From Bigelowiella natans CCMP2755 (Eukaryota; Protista; Cercozoa): DNA of 64,000 nucleotides. The notes beneath the pieces were generated by a model. The model was given only the letters and a program-made list of their open reading frames with translations. It made no database searches and had not been told where the DNA came from. Shown here piece by piece: positions 1 to 12,882 of the stretch. The stretch spans positions 1 through 64,000 of the forward strand of contig ADNK01000241.1 of NCBI GenBank assembly GCA_000320545.1. The letters run 5' to 3'. How positions within the stretch are numbered: the first letter of the stretch is position 1; every line of letters starts with the position of its first letter. The position numbers were made by a program, and so were the translations under genes.

Positions 1-325
1 GTCTGACCAATAATTGGTTCCACGGAATCTGGGGGGGGGGGGGGGAGGGGATCGTTGAAAGAAGGGAGGGGGGAACGCTTCTAAATACAATGATACTGCC
101 TTTTGAAGGGTTCTTCTGTGTTGCACGCACAAACACTAACATCTATCCTCCTCATAGTATCACATATATTTACTTATATTCACCCAGTAATTATAACCAT
201 CATCTGTGTGTTCCAGTACGATGCTGGTTCTTTTATTCCCCCCCGCCCCCCTCCCCAAACACTTTTGCTTGAGAACGGATGCATACCCATACGCATGACG
301 ATGCTGAGAGAGTGCTTTCGATCAG

Positions 326-395
326 GTGCCCATTGTGTAAATATGCGGTTGGGAGTGGGGAAAAGCCAAACGGTGACGAGCAGAAAGTAACGTAA
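326..395 (+). CDS. Probable last exon of a gene entering from the left edge; RING-finger-like C-terminus (CPLCKYAVGSGEKPNGDEQKVT*)
   Basis: A CAG acceptor at 323-325 is followed by a CPLC motif typical of the final RING Cys pair. TAA is at 393-395, and a 3'-type spacer follows. No upstream exon can be assigned within the window. Confidence 0.4.
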
Positions 396-429
396 TGAAA
401 GCTGAACCGCAGCAGATGCCAGAATGCAT

Positions 430-1340
430 CCACGTGGTAAATCTACTTACTATAGCACCCCATATCTGGACATCTAAACAGCGACCAGCCAACATTGCTA
501 GATTGCGGTTACTGACTAGCTAGCTAGCTGAATGCATCTAGGCATTTTAGATCTAGCTTGCATCGCACCTGTTATTTGACACGTTCTAGTGTTCTATACT
601 GAACACCAATTGCCTTCCACAGCAGCCCTCGCGGCAATCCGAATCAATAGTACTAGAGTCAGAGAGTATGCTAGTATTGCATGTAATAAATGTACACACA
701 TCTAGACATGATAATAAGTGATCGATCATGAATCCGTCTAGATGACATCGGCATGCTCTAGCTAGCTTGCCAGATGTTACGTTAATGCATTGTTATTAGG
801 CGTGCTAGCGTGCGATTGATTCTCGTGCTACTTGCTAGCTTGCCTAAGTATACTCAACGATATCTCTGCTAGGACTAGCTAGCTAGCTAGCTAGAGATGT
901 CTAGATGTTCTGTGCTATTAGCTAGCTCGCTAGGAGACATGCTAGCATGCATCTAGATTTTAGTTTTAAAATGTTAGAAATCAAGAACCTCATCGGCGGT
1001 TAGACGTACATCGAACTACAAAATTTGTGAGTATATCACTCTAGTCATTTACTGCACTACATTCGATCTCCTGCTGCTGGATGTGTATGCCGCATGTCTA
1101 GATGTGTTAAGAGTCATCGTTAGCTGTTGCGTGGCATGAAATCTTATGACATATCTAGCTAGCTAGATCTGCACATATAGGCTTATTTATTTACTTTGGC
1201 CAGATATATTGCTAAGAGCTACATTAAATATTTATAGAACTAGATAAACACTGTACAGCACATTAAGGACGAATAAATAAACACAATGTAGAGGGTTAGA
1301 GGTGCTGCTACTGGCGCATTCCAAGCCTCCTAGCTTCCAT
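430..1340. other. CTAG/CATG-palindrome-rich intergenic spacer between convergent 3' ends
   Basis: About 30 CTAG in 481-1260 by manual count, against about 3 expected by chance. Includes (CTAG)5 at 856-875-scale tandem runs in 841-900. No ORF and no dinucleotide microsatellites. Confidence 0.75.
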
Positions 1341-1390
1341 CAGGATCACAACTGAAAGATCGGAGCTTTGGTATAATGACATATTTACAT

Positions 1391-1429
<39 letters not shown>

Positions 1430-1463
1430 CGATGTTTCCTTGACTTTCGGTCGACGAACGATG

Positions 1464-1653
1464 CTAATAGCTCGGTTTATCCCATGTGGATTCGTTCGAG
1501 ATGGTGTTGTAGTAGTAGATGTCTGCATAACAAAAAGCACGCAAGTATCATCGACTGAATTAATCAATCAATGAGTCAATGAGTAATGTCCATGAACTCT
1601 TGAAGCGTTCTAGTAGTGTATGCGTCGCAGCTTATTACTATCATAGATGCTGG

Positions 1654-1689
<36 letters not shown>

Positions 1690-4600
1690 TCAGAACAACA
1701 AAGGTGAGTAATAACTCTCAGCGATCTGCACCTGAACGATGGCAATGTAGCGAAACAACCTCTCCTCCCCCTCCCTCCCCCCCTCTCACTAGCATCAGTA
1801 GTGGATAACGGAAGAAGAACTCCAAAGGATGCTAGCTAGAGCAGCAGCAGTAAGGTTGGTCGGTGCTACACCAACCACTGCTACAGCTACTCCTCCCCCT
1901 ACCTCCGCTCTCAGGGTCTTCCGCACTCTTCCAGTTGGGTGGGAGGCTGGGCCGATTCTTGATCGGAGGCTTCGGCTTCGGCTTAGATGGCTTCGGACGC
2001 CTGCTGCTATTGCTGCTGCCAGAAGCAGCTTTCTTCGCCTCGTAGTAGGGATTTCGCGAGGAGGACGACGGTTGCTGCTCTCCGGTGCTCGTCGTTGCAA
2101 GTGCGCTCGGCGTGGCCACTGGATCACCGTTCTCATCCAACACGATTGCGTTGTCAACCTGCTGCACGCCCTTCCGCTTCATCTCGTCCAGGACGTCTAT
2201 TGAGGTGTTATAACCCGCACAGAACGACTGGTGCCTCACGTGGCCAGCCTGGAGCGTACGTGCGCGTCGTGAGTTTATGTTTATCAACCAATCGTACTGC
2301 TTCTGCTGCTATTACCAACTACGACGACTTCTTCTTCTTCTGCTACCACACACTATCACTATTCTCATCATCATCATCATCATCATCGTCGACGTCATCA
2401 TCATCATCATCAGAGAATCCGTCATCGCGGAACCACCAACCGCCGAAGAAGACAGAATCCTCCCTATTCACAGCACCACCTGACCTGTAGAAGAATCCGA
2501 GAGATCCGCTCCACCGTGGGCACGTCCAGTTGGGCGCCAAACCCGGCCTCCTTCGTGTCATACATCTTCCGGTGCATGGCGCTGAGCAGCCCCTCCTTCT
2601 GATCTTTGGGCGCCCTTTGCCGGATAAAGACCTCGAGGAAGTTCTCGACAGAGGGTGTGGGGGGGAAGCTAGACACGCAAACGAGCAGCAGCTGCCAGCC
2701 CTTTCTCACGCTCTCGAGCTTAGGGTTTTGACTTAGCTGCTTCATCATCTGGCAGTATACCTGGAGCGTGTACGTTGTTCAGTTTTCAGCTGAAATAACG
2801 CCCCGGATAACCAAGCTCACAGCCACAGTACGCACAAAACACACACACTCTCTCTCTCTCACCCCCACACACATACACACATGAAACCTCGGTTCTCAGC
2901 TCCTCCTTTTGGATACACGCTGAGGCGATTTGCTGCGCGAGATAGTACTCCTGGCCGGCCTGATACTGGCGGTCTCCCATGAAGCCAAGGATGTTCTTGA
3001 ACATCAGACGCGCGCTCGCCTTGGCTGCCTTATCTACGAATCGGCGGATGAGGCAGTGATGGATCGGCTGTTGCGTGTGCACGAGCATGCTCGCAGCTAA
3101 GCTCTTCTGGTCGAAGCAGAACAACTTCTTCGCCGCCCATTCTTCCGGGGCAATGAGGAGGGAGAACCTCCGGAAGGCGAACATGCCCGTCTGCTTTCCG
3201 AGTGAGATCTCACGAAGCTTGATCGTCGTCGCGACGATGCGCTCCCTATCCCCCTGCGCAACCGACGCCTTGAGCTGCATCTTCACGAAGTCGTCCTTGC
3301 TAGTGTCGTAGATGAGCGAGATGATCTTCTCGATCGTTGGCGAACGATGGGGGTATTTCAGGGCGTTGGCGCGGTCCAGCACGTTCTTCAGCTCCGCGAC
3401 CTTGAGTGATTCGATCGCTCGCTTGCCGTCCTCGTCGATCTTGTCTCGCACCCTCCGCGCCTGGGCGAACATGCGGCGTGCCTGCTTCACCGTGTCAGAG
3501 TCCAGGCCGATCTCGTCGGCCGTTTTGAGCAGCTCCGCCAGTTCGCCGAACACCTCTTCGGGGTCGCAGCGCAAGTATGAGTGCAGCAGCTTCTCGATGC
3601 GCTCCTCCTCCTCGAAGACGTGCAGCATCCAGCGCGCGTCGCGCATCAGCTTCATCTCGAACCCGACCGTGTCGGCCTTCGCCAGGGCCGCCTTGAGGGT
3701 CTCCGTGTTGCGGCTGGCGAGGGCTCTCTCGAGGACGGGGATGATGGCGCGCATCCGGCGGTAGAGGCAGCGCGCGATGAATCCCTTGGCGATCTTCTGG
3801 ATGTAGCGCACGATGCGATCAACGGCGACTTGCCTGTGCCCCTCCATTACGCGGTGCTCGGGCGTGCGGTAGAGTACCTGAGGGGTGGGGGTGGAAGAGG
3901 AGGGGGAAAGGGGGGAGGAGGAGAGAGGTAAATCAATTAGTTATTCCTGAGTACAAAATCTCCATCGTCATCATTGTCGTATCGGCAAGCTGGGATGCGT
4001 TTTTATATTATGATATTAGTGTTGTGGTGCCTTGGAGCGGCCGATCTGGACGAGTTTGGTGTCTAGGCCAAAATGGCGGATCAACGTCTTACAGTTAGCA
4101 ATAGCATCCCTGCCCCATCGCCTCTTCATCTCAGGCATCGTGCATTTGAATCGTCGGAAGAACTCACGGTGAGTGAAACGGAAAGGGAATCCAGCCTTTC
4201 TTATCTTCACCGCTTCAAAAACCTAGTGGTGTACATACACACGCACAAATAATACACTTACGTACACGCACACAACACTTCCTTGAGAGCCACATGAAAG
4301 AATATCACACCGCTCCCATCCCCTTCCTCCCCTCTTCCCGTCATGAGCTTCTTTACCCCAGAGTTCCTTAATTGATCAAAGCTCATTCTTCCATAGAACT
4401 CGAGCGGTGCCTTGTGTGGGTTCGGTTTGATGCAGCGGATATAGTGAGGTTCCGTCCCATGAAGTGTCTTCATCAACGCATTCAGCTGCCTGAAATATGA
4501 GGAGGAGGAGGAGGAGGAGGAGGAGGAGGAAATCACAGTCGAAGAGCAGTAGCAGAAACCCGGCCATCTATACAGTCGCGGGGGGGAAAAGCGATGGTGG

Positions 4601-5540
4601 CCTTTCTTCAATATCTACGCACCCCCCATCTCCTACTCACAGGGCAGATCGAAAGGAATTGCTGATGCACGCATGCATGCATGTGTGGTATGGTATGGTA
4701 TGGTATGGTATGGTGTGTATGGCCGAGGACTACTTGGTAAATCGGTAGCCGAGTGTGCTTTTCTTGGCCTGCGTGCCGATTGTCCTCTTTTCCTTCGGGA
4801 AGAGACGCGCCAGAAACTTCGATTTCGTCTTTGACAGAAGCCCCTGTGCCTCGTCGTTCAGCCTGTCGCGGTCCTTCTCGAGGAAGCCCCGGGAGTCGTA
4901 TGTCACCGCCCCGGCGTAATGCATTACAGTGAAATACTCATTGCCCTGGGGGGGATGATGGTGGATATGCTTATTAGATTGGGGTGTCCAAAGAAGGTGG
5001 TTATACGATCAAGGGGGGGGGGGGGGGAGGGAAAAGATTCCGTCGATGCCAAACTTATACGGTACTATTTACTACGGGGAAAATCAATGCAATAGCCATA
5101 GGCACACACCACACACACACACATGCACGCACAAATACTGATTTTAAAGTTACGTGTCACATTGATTGTAAAAATCTATTTTTGAGGTATTATTGACATG
5201 ACATCGTGAGCATCAGCATCAGCATCATCAGCATCATCATCATCATCATCACCATCCACGCTTCATACATCATCATTTGCCAAAAATTAAATCCTATATT
5301 AAGTATGCAGCACCTTTCGCTCCTGCTGATAGTACTTGCTCTTGCCGAGCTTGTCGTGTAGCTTGTTTATGAGCGTTTTGTCGCTCCCTCGCGGCACAAT
5401 CAACTCCTCATCGATCATCGGGATGATGGCGCGCGGTCGCTTCTCTATGAGGTCCAGCACCGGTTGGTTGTCAATGTAAGGCACCTTGGCGTATCGAATA
5501 CCTTCCTGCAAACAGTGAGCGTGCGCGTAAATCTTAACGA

Positions 5541-5575
<35 letters not shown>

Positions 5576-5666
5576 ATCCTGCTGCGAACATTTATTGGCC
5601 TGAATCTTTGTCATAAAACACTGTTACTGTCATCACTATAACCACCACCACCACCATCAGTACCAC

Positions 5667-5697
<31 letters not shown>

Positions 5698-6092
5698 ATC
5701 ATCATCATCATCATCCCCCTACTGGCAGCAGCAACAGTGACATGATATGATGACGGGTGCAAAGTGGCGCAACCTCTTGATAGCACTTCTCCTCCTGCTT
5801 GAAAGTGTGGAAGTTGAAGAACTGCTGCAGCTTCTCGTTGGTGAAGTTGATGCAGAGCTGCTCGAAGCTGTTGTGCTCGAAGATCTCGAAGCCAAAGATG
5901 TCAAGAATGCCGATGGAGTAGCGCGCCTTCTTCTTGGCCTTCACGACCAGGTTCACCTTCTCCACCAGCCAGTCGAAGAGCTTCTCGTAGGCGAATTTTG
6001 CAAGCGCGTCGCGTGCCGACGTTGCCTGCTGTGCGCTAAGAGTGACTGTAATGGGAGCCTGTCCTGTCACCTGAGTCGTACGTCATCTATGC

Positions 6093-6137
<45 letters not shown>

Positions 6138-7134
6138 TGTGTGTGTGTGTGAGAGACAGAGAGAAAAGAGAAGATTCCAACCTCCCTCCTCTTACTATCA
6201 AGTGCACCTTCAGTTTTGTCGTAGTCACGACTTGATTGAGTGCTTTTGAATCAACTTCAAGCAGCGCCGCCGCACTGCTGACGTCGGACGAGTTAGTTAC
6301 TTTGCACTTGCGCTCGCCCACGTCTTTAAAGTTGATGTTTCCCTGATTGTGTGATAAGAGAGGCAGTTACGCAATGAATGAGTGATTGAGTGACGATGCG
6401 ATCACAAGGAGAGCTAGCAAGTCATCTGTATTCGTTCTAATTGCTGATACACAAAATCTCGCACGCAAATCTTCGAAAAATATATATGTGCATATTTTTA
6501 TTTTCATTTATATTTAATTTGTGTATTGGCAAAATAGTTTCAAAATTTCCCGTCCTCCTCCTTCTCCTCCTCCCTCTTCATTCTACTACTCCGGTTCTCA
6601 CCAAGGTCAGGACCCCAGCCACGATCTGAAAGATGCTGTCGATCTCTGCCTGCGAAAAGTTGAGCTCCAGCATCGATGGCAGCAGCTCATTATGGAATAC
6701 GTCCTCGTCAGGCACCCCCTCCACCGTGCTGCACCCGCTCTGGTTAAGGTATTGGTACTTGCGGATATCTGTGAGCCTGAACTTTCTCCGCATCTCCGCA
6801 GTTGCGCCACGCACCAGCTGGTAAAAGACGTGGTAGTTGCGCTCTCCCTCCGCCTGGAAGCACACGCGGCTTTTCTCGAGTAGATAGTTAGTCGTCATGG
6901 CTCCTGTGATAGCGTTGCGATGATCGAAGAACACCTCGAGGTACTTCCCAAATCGGGATGAGTTGTCGTTGCGCACGGTTTTGGCGTTTCCAAAGGCCTC
7001 CAGGACTGGGTTGGCCATAAGGATCATCTGCTCGATGTTCGTAGCAGATTCGGCGATTTCAGCCAGGAATCTGATAGACAAGCGTCAGCAGCAGCAGCAG
7101 CAGCAGTATCCGGAAATAAAGAGATGAACGTGCA

Positions 7135-7176
<42 letters not shown>

Positions 7177-8593
7177 ACTTCAAATATATTCGATGTGTCA
7201 AAAATTCAAAATACAAAATGTCGTCCTCATGGCGATACCAACATTATTTGGGGAAGTCGCATATATTTCATATATCCCAATTACTGGAGGGCCTGCTTGG
7301 TGCATTCGGTTTTCCCTGCCCCGGATTCCCCAGATATAACGATGCTTTGGCTTTTGGCGTTCGTTACTAGCTCTCGAAACGCACTGTTGGCTACGGCATA
7401 GACGTGTGGCTCCAAGTAACGATTGTCGCTGCACCGCGGTTAAAAACACAATAATTAAAATTTAGTTCTCGCAAGGATGATAGTAATATTGATGTCCACG
7501 CACATAAGTACGAAAGATGTTATTCATGTCATTGTAATTGCTCCTAGTGCTACGGTCACCACCGTTTCATGTAGTCATTCAGTATGTTGGGCGTGTAGAG
7601 AGGCAGGATCTTGTACGGGTTGCACGATATCAAGATCGGGCCTACATAAGAGTATATCTTTCCAAGAAGAAGAAGGAGATGGAGAGCGAGATACGGTGTG
7701 GCGGGGAAGAACGAGAGGGAGAGAGGGGGGGGAGAGAATATCAGCAACACTACCACGAAGTAAATTCGTAAACTGCATTATTAAGCTGACGACGATAGGA
7801 GGGATAATGAATCCAGTGGCATTTTGATGATATGGGGAATCGCACTGTTATTGTTGAGTACCTGGTTGGTATGGTAGCGCTGCTTGATGTGGAATAGGAT
7901 GATAGCGGGATTCACGTCCTCGAGCATAACGAGGTCATTTTCGGAATTAACGAGGTCCAGCCCTTATACAATTACAAGAAGGGCATGGCTTAGGAGGATA
8001 AGAAGGTAGAAAGATTCACTTGGATAGGTGCTGCTACAAATAAAGGCAAATTAATGTCGACCAAAAACCATCATAAATATCACTCACAGTTGAGCCTGAT
8101 TGGCTTTCCCGCGTCCTTTCGAACAGAAATGCTATCGCCGTTCATTGCGGTGTATCTTTTTATGAAAGAAAGAAGCAACCAGTGCATAACTTGCGGTTTT
8201 AAGATGTTCGCCAATCTCTAGTTTAGCAACAGTATTTCTGCCTCACACTTTCAGCAATGAGTACGTGTGCAATATCCATGATGATAGCTGGAATACTTAC
8301 CCCCCTCGCCCCTTCTTCGCTGGGACATAACCTTTTGTCGGATGGTCAACCCAGAACCATTCACCCGCCTCCTTCTGTCGGTCCGCCTGGAAATAAGAAG
8401 AAGGACGAGTCGGAAAGATTGATACGAATGATTACAGAGTGCATCGTGTGACGTCTCTTCCCGACACACATGCTTACACCTGCGTCTTAAGCTCTTCGGG
8501 GACCGCCCACGCGTATTTGTGCAAGCCCGGGCTGTACCAGTAGAAGGACCCATCGACGGCGCGACCCTCCTGCCAGTCATTCGCACGAAACAT
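1464..8593 (-). CDS. Unconventional myosin, multi-exon: N-terminal WW, SH3-like segment, motor, IQ, helical tail, MyTH4, C-terminal WW
   Basis: Motor motifs: P-loop GESGAGKT, switch [10 protein letters not shown], switch II DIFGFE, plus [14 protein letters not shown] and [11 protein letters not shown] motif: [11 protein letters not shown]. MyTH4: LRTE|VYCQMMKQL...KGWQLL. WW: [16 protein letters not shown] at the start and [14 protein letters not shown]|[17 protein letters not shown] at the end. Exons join in phase. ATG at 8593, TAG at 1466-1464. Confidence 0.93.
3878..4030 (-). other. GC-AG intron in the myosin gene
   Basis: The conserved converter QIGRSK|VLYR can only be joined using the AAG|GCACCA donor and the CAG|GTA acceptor. 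Read-through hits TAA after 4 codons. Confidence 0.75.
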
Positions 8594-9173
8594 CCTCAAG
8601 GTTTCTCGAGTGTGTGTTGTATGGGAGTCGGGTATGGCCTGCTGTGCGACAGATTTTTGTATCATCCGGCAAGGGGGTTCCAGCGCATAGTTAGTCCCCC
8701 AGGCGCCAGCAGCACACGTGCTCTTCCACAACCTGAATTTCCTTCCAGTTTCACCTGGCGACAGGGACAGAGGGATGGATATTCTGGCCTAGCCCAGTCG
8801 AAGGAGACCTGGGAGACGGTTTTTTTCGTCGGAAAACAAAACATTAAGTTTTGAGGCATCGGGTCCCTGTGTGACACGGCCCAAAACCCAGGGCTTTTCT
8901 GCGCTGCGGCAATTCCATCCCTAGTGCCCATTATTTTTTGGAAATGGGAGGAATTGTCGACCTGCGACAAGGATGAATCCACGTCGTTATCCGAGGGAAA
9001 AACCTACCTGATGGGGGCGAGGGCTAATTTCGCTTGAAGGAGGATGATGATTATGATACCAATGATGGGCTGCTTCGAGTAGTTTTCCGCATTTGTGGTG
9101 GTGATCTTCGAACTCGAGGCAAGATCAGGGAACAGATTTCCCACTACATCACCTGTTTGATTTCTTGAATAAA
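8594..9173. promoter_or_regulatory. Divergent (head-to-head) promoter region, myosin / VSD-like gene
   Basis: 580 bp between opposing start codons, free of microsatellites. Confidence 0.55.
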
Positions 9174-10728
9174 ATGTCGGATGCATTGGAGGGAGGAAGC
9201 GACAGCCATTATGAAGCTGTCCAGTCGCCGCCAGACCTCGAGAACTGGGTCAGTGCACGAATAAACACTCTCGTAGCTGTTGAGGTTTTTACGATTACGT
9301 CTTTTCAATGGGATCGTCCTCGAAATTCCATCGATGGTGTTTTTATCGAGTCAAATATAGAATATGCTATTTTACAGCGAACGAACCTTTTCCCGACCAC
9401 TTTCTTTCGCTCCTGAGAGGATTATGCCTTGAAAATATCTAATTTCGCGTGATGTTCTATTGGTGCGGTCTGTTGATAATAGCTCCATTCTGATGACGAG
9501 GACGAAGAAGAGCCTTACAAAGAAGATCTTTTAATTCGAACCATGTTCACTGGTGTGCATTCATGGAAGGATTGCGCAAAGATGACCCTACTTGGATGGT
9601 ATTTGTATTTCACAGTCGATATAATACGCAATATTTTATCTACTTAGATGGAATTTGTAGTTTAAAGTCATTTCACTATATTTCACCTCCCTGGATGGTA
9701 TTTGTACATAGTCAACACACAGTATTCCCCGTCCCCCACGCGAAATGTCAGATGCATGCAGTTCATATTTGCTCGGCTTATATTATCAGGTCGTATGGTA
9801 TAGCTGTGGTCGTCTCTCTAATAATGAATATAGTCCTTTTCAGCCTTGCCATAAGCTACTACGCGAAACGGACGCCAGAGGTAGCATTTTGGCAAAAGTG
9901 TGTTTTTTCTCCTTTTCTTTGCGATACCCAAAATACACGTCGAAACCTAACTATATGCTGCATGCAAATACATGCCTGATGAAAGAATGTGTGCTCATAT
10001 TCTGTCACAGCCCGACTCTCTTGTCGCCCTCAACATTATCATGACGATTTTGCTGATTTTCGAAGTGATGCTTCGAGCATTCGCCACACGACACGCTCCT
10101 TGCAGCGGCTGTAAGGTCTGCTTAAGATAATATTACATTCACAACCAAAGCTGCAACGAAACGACCCCTCTCAAACAAACGACCCATATCCACATTTACA
10201 TTGTTGCCCAACATTTCCACAGGTTCTTGAATACAGTCTTGCCCTCATCTGCTTGACGGCGTTATTCACATATCTCATTGATACTGATGATGTGGATGGG
10301 GTCAGTTCGTGGATACGAACAATGTATGATGATGTGTAACGACGTGTTGTGTTTTCAAACAGATCTTCGAAACCGCGGTACTCGCGTTTCGTTCCGTGAC
10401 AGTGCTGTGCAGGGTAGTGAGTGCTAATAATATGTCTCCGTTTTAATTGCTATGCAACACAAACGTTTAAAATTTGAAGTATTGAATCGCTGTTTTGCTT
10501 TAATCTATATTTAGATAGGCATAGGACTCTCGAATGTGAAGACCTACAGCGAAAACAAGCAAGCTTCATCGTATTCGCATGTGGACTTTGACCTTGTACA
10601 AGATATCCAGGTGTGTTTCTAGCATGTATTTCTGCTACGATGCACCAAGAAATGAAAATATTGCCGACTGATTTAGTTTTCACACTAAGGTGACTGATGA
10701 GGAGCACGGTGTGGTCTCATATGAATAG
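9174..10728 (+). CDS. Small multi-exon membrane protein with a voltage-sensor-like (S1-S4) 4-TM domain and no pore
   Basis: In-phase GT-AG splicing gives MSDALEGG...ENW|LHSDDEDEEE...LLGW|SYGIAVVVSLIMNIVLFSLAISYYAKRTPE|PDSLVALNIIMTILLIFEVMLRAFA...GCK|VLEYSLALICLTALFTYLIDTDDVDG|IFETAVLAFRSVTVLCR|IGIGL...VDFDLVQDIQ|VTDEEHGVVSYE*. The S2-type ExxLR motif is present. Confidence 0.7.
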
Positions 10729-10729
10729 T

Positions 10730-11850
10730 AGGCATAAATCAACATAGTCTATATTGCTGCATACTTAATTAACTACAAGTACGCAGTATCGAAAACCCAG
10801 TATGGTTTACTGTTCAGAAACAACGTCAAAATCGCTTTAGACGGCTGTAGTTGTAGTGAGTATCTGTGGAGGCCACTACATTGGAATAGCTTCACATCTC
10901 GTGATTGCTTCTAATGAATGAAGAGCATGTACAAAATTAAATACTTATAGATAATGCAAATACTCATCATCGATCAGCCAGCGTCTAGGCGTCGCTGCCA
11001 ACACTTTTGCTGATTTTCCCGTGCTCGCATAGCGCGACATGATGTTCAGAAACACACAAACATACATGCTGAACACACATGTAACTTCAAGATGATGTTC
11101 ATTTTACAATTCAGTGCAACATATAATCAACATCGAGTGCTTCGTATGTACTGTGTGTGCTGCGCTATGCTGTCTAGCTGTGATGTGGCCATTGGTGTCT
11201 ACCAAACACATGTCTAGATTTGCATGATGCACTTTCATTTTTTTCCAAAGCCTTTCAAACGAAGACGCATCGAAAAGGAGGAAATCTACTCCAAGAGCAA
11301 GAGTAATTCATCCAATCATTCGATGGGATGCTTCTAGCTAGCTAGGCTTGTCAGATGAATCTACCCGAACAAGCGAATAGTCGATGCAAAACCTAGAAAT
11401 CTGGAATCATGCAATCATCACATCTACCATCTGCCATCAATTCTTTGATGTCTGTTATGGCTTGTGATGAGTACGGATAGGCTACGACACTAAATGTAGG
11501 ATGATAGACATGCAATATCACATACATAATATATTGCTGTGTCCATTATTAGGAGCCACTGGCGTATGTATGCATGCTAGCAGCTAGCATGAGATCTAGA
11601 GATGCGACAGCAACTGCATCCACAGTCGCCGACACACAGGAAAGATTGTGCAAACTCTCATTGTAAAAGGGATTGACCATGCACCAAAACACTGCATTGG
11701 AAATAAGATCGAATTGAAATCGCTCGCACAACGCTATTTGAAGGAATCACAGAGTTTCCACGTCGTCTTCCCGTTGAACACAGCTGAGTGCTCGGGAGTT
11801 CGGTGTCGAAAGTCGGTTACCCACGACGACGACGTATCAGTTTCCTCTAT
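10730..11850. other. CTAG/CATG/TGCA-rich spacer downstream of the VSD-like gene
   Basis: Contains GTCTAG, CTAGCTAGCTAG, CATGCTAGC and CATGTCTAGA words. No credible ORF and no microsatellites. Confidence 0.55.
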
Positions 11851-12110
11851 TTATTCCTTGTCGCAAGATGTGTAACAGCCTATGTTTCTCAAACACAGAA
11901 ACTGTGACAAAATTTGAGGACGATTTTTGGAAGAGACAGGATAGAATGAGTAATTTTGAATAAAATCACTCTCATTCACTTTCCCAGAGGAAACGCCACA
12001 TAACATAGCAACCGGAAACGCAGTGATCCTCCCCCTTTCTATTTCCCCCTTCCCTTCGCAAGTGACCGGTCTCCTCGTAGAGAGGCAATAGGTCTCAGGA
12101 GGAGGGATCA

Positions 12111-12803
12111 ATGAAGAGGGATGCAAGGGAACGATCCTCCCTTTCCGGTTCGAAGAAGGAAAAGAAAAACACGTCAATGTACAGAAGTACCTACCGCGAC
12201 AAGAAGCAGAGGGAGGACATGATCGCAATGAATCAGAAGAAACAACGGATAATCGAAGCTCGGGAGAGAATACAGGTATTACTTTAGTGGTTTTGATTAT
12301 TTCATGACCCCTGTTCGACGAGGTGGGAATTGCTGTGCTCGAAATACATCTCCACCGTTTCTTCAACACCAATAATTACACACGAGCAACAAAAACACCA
12401 CTTTATTCCGGAGAAAAGTAATGAATGTTTATCCTATTCTAAGGTTCATGAAAGGGAGTTCGATGCACTGAATCAGAGTCACACAACAGAAGTGGCAAAA
12501 ACACTTGCTCTCGAGGAAGAGGTCAATTTCTAAGCTGATGTGGTGAATACATACTGACCGCAATGATCTTGACTTAATAACGCACGCCTCCCCTACACCA
12601 TTTTTTCTCCCTGTTTTCGTATTATATATTTTTATGGATAAATTGCCACAAAAGCAAACTGAAATATTAACGATGAAAATCCACATTTCAGGTGAAAGCT
12701 CTCTCAGAGGATCTGAAGCTTTTGCGCACGCAGGTGGGCGAGCTCAATCGTAAGCCGCAGGAAGAGGTAGTATAAGCTTTATATGATCTATCCTGAAAAC
12801 ACG

Positions 12804-12882
<79 letters not shown>

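Noticed and set aside
430-1340. CRISPR-like or transposase-coding interpretation of the palindromic spacers
   Set aside because: No regular repeat-spacer period, no transposase or RT motifs, and the context is eukaryotic.
12004-12012. CATAGCAAC, an RFX X-box-like half site about 100 bp upstream of CFAP74
   Set aside because: It is only a half site, the same word occurs in an intron at about 58173, and RFX control is not established for this kind of protist.
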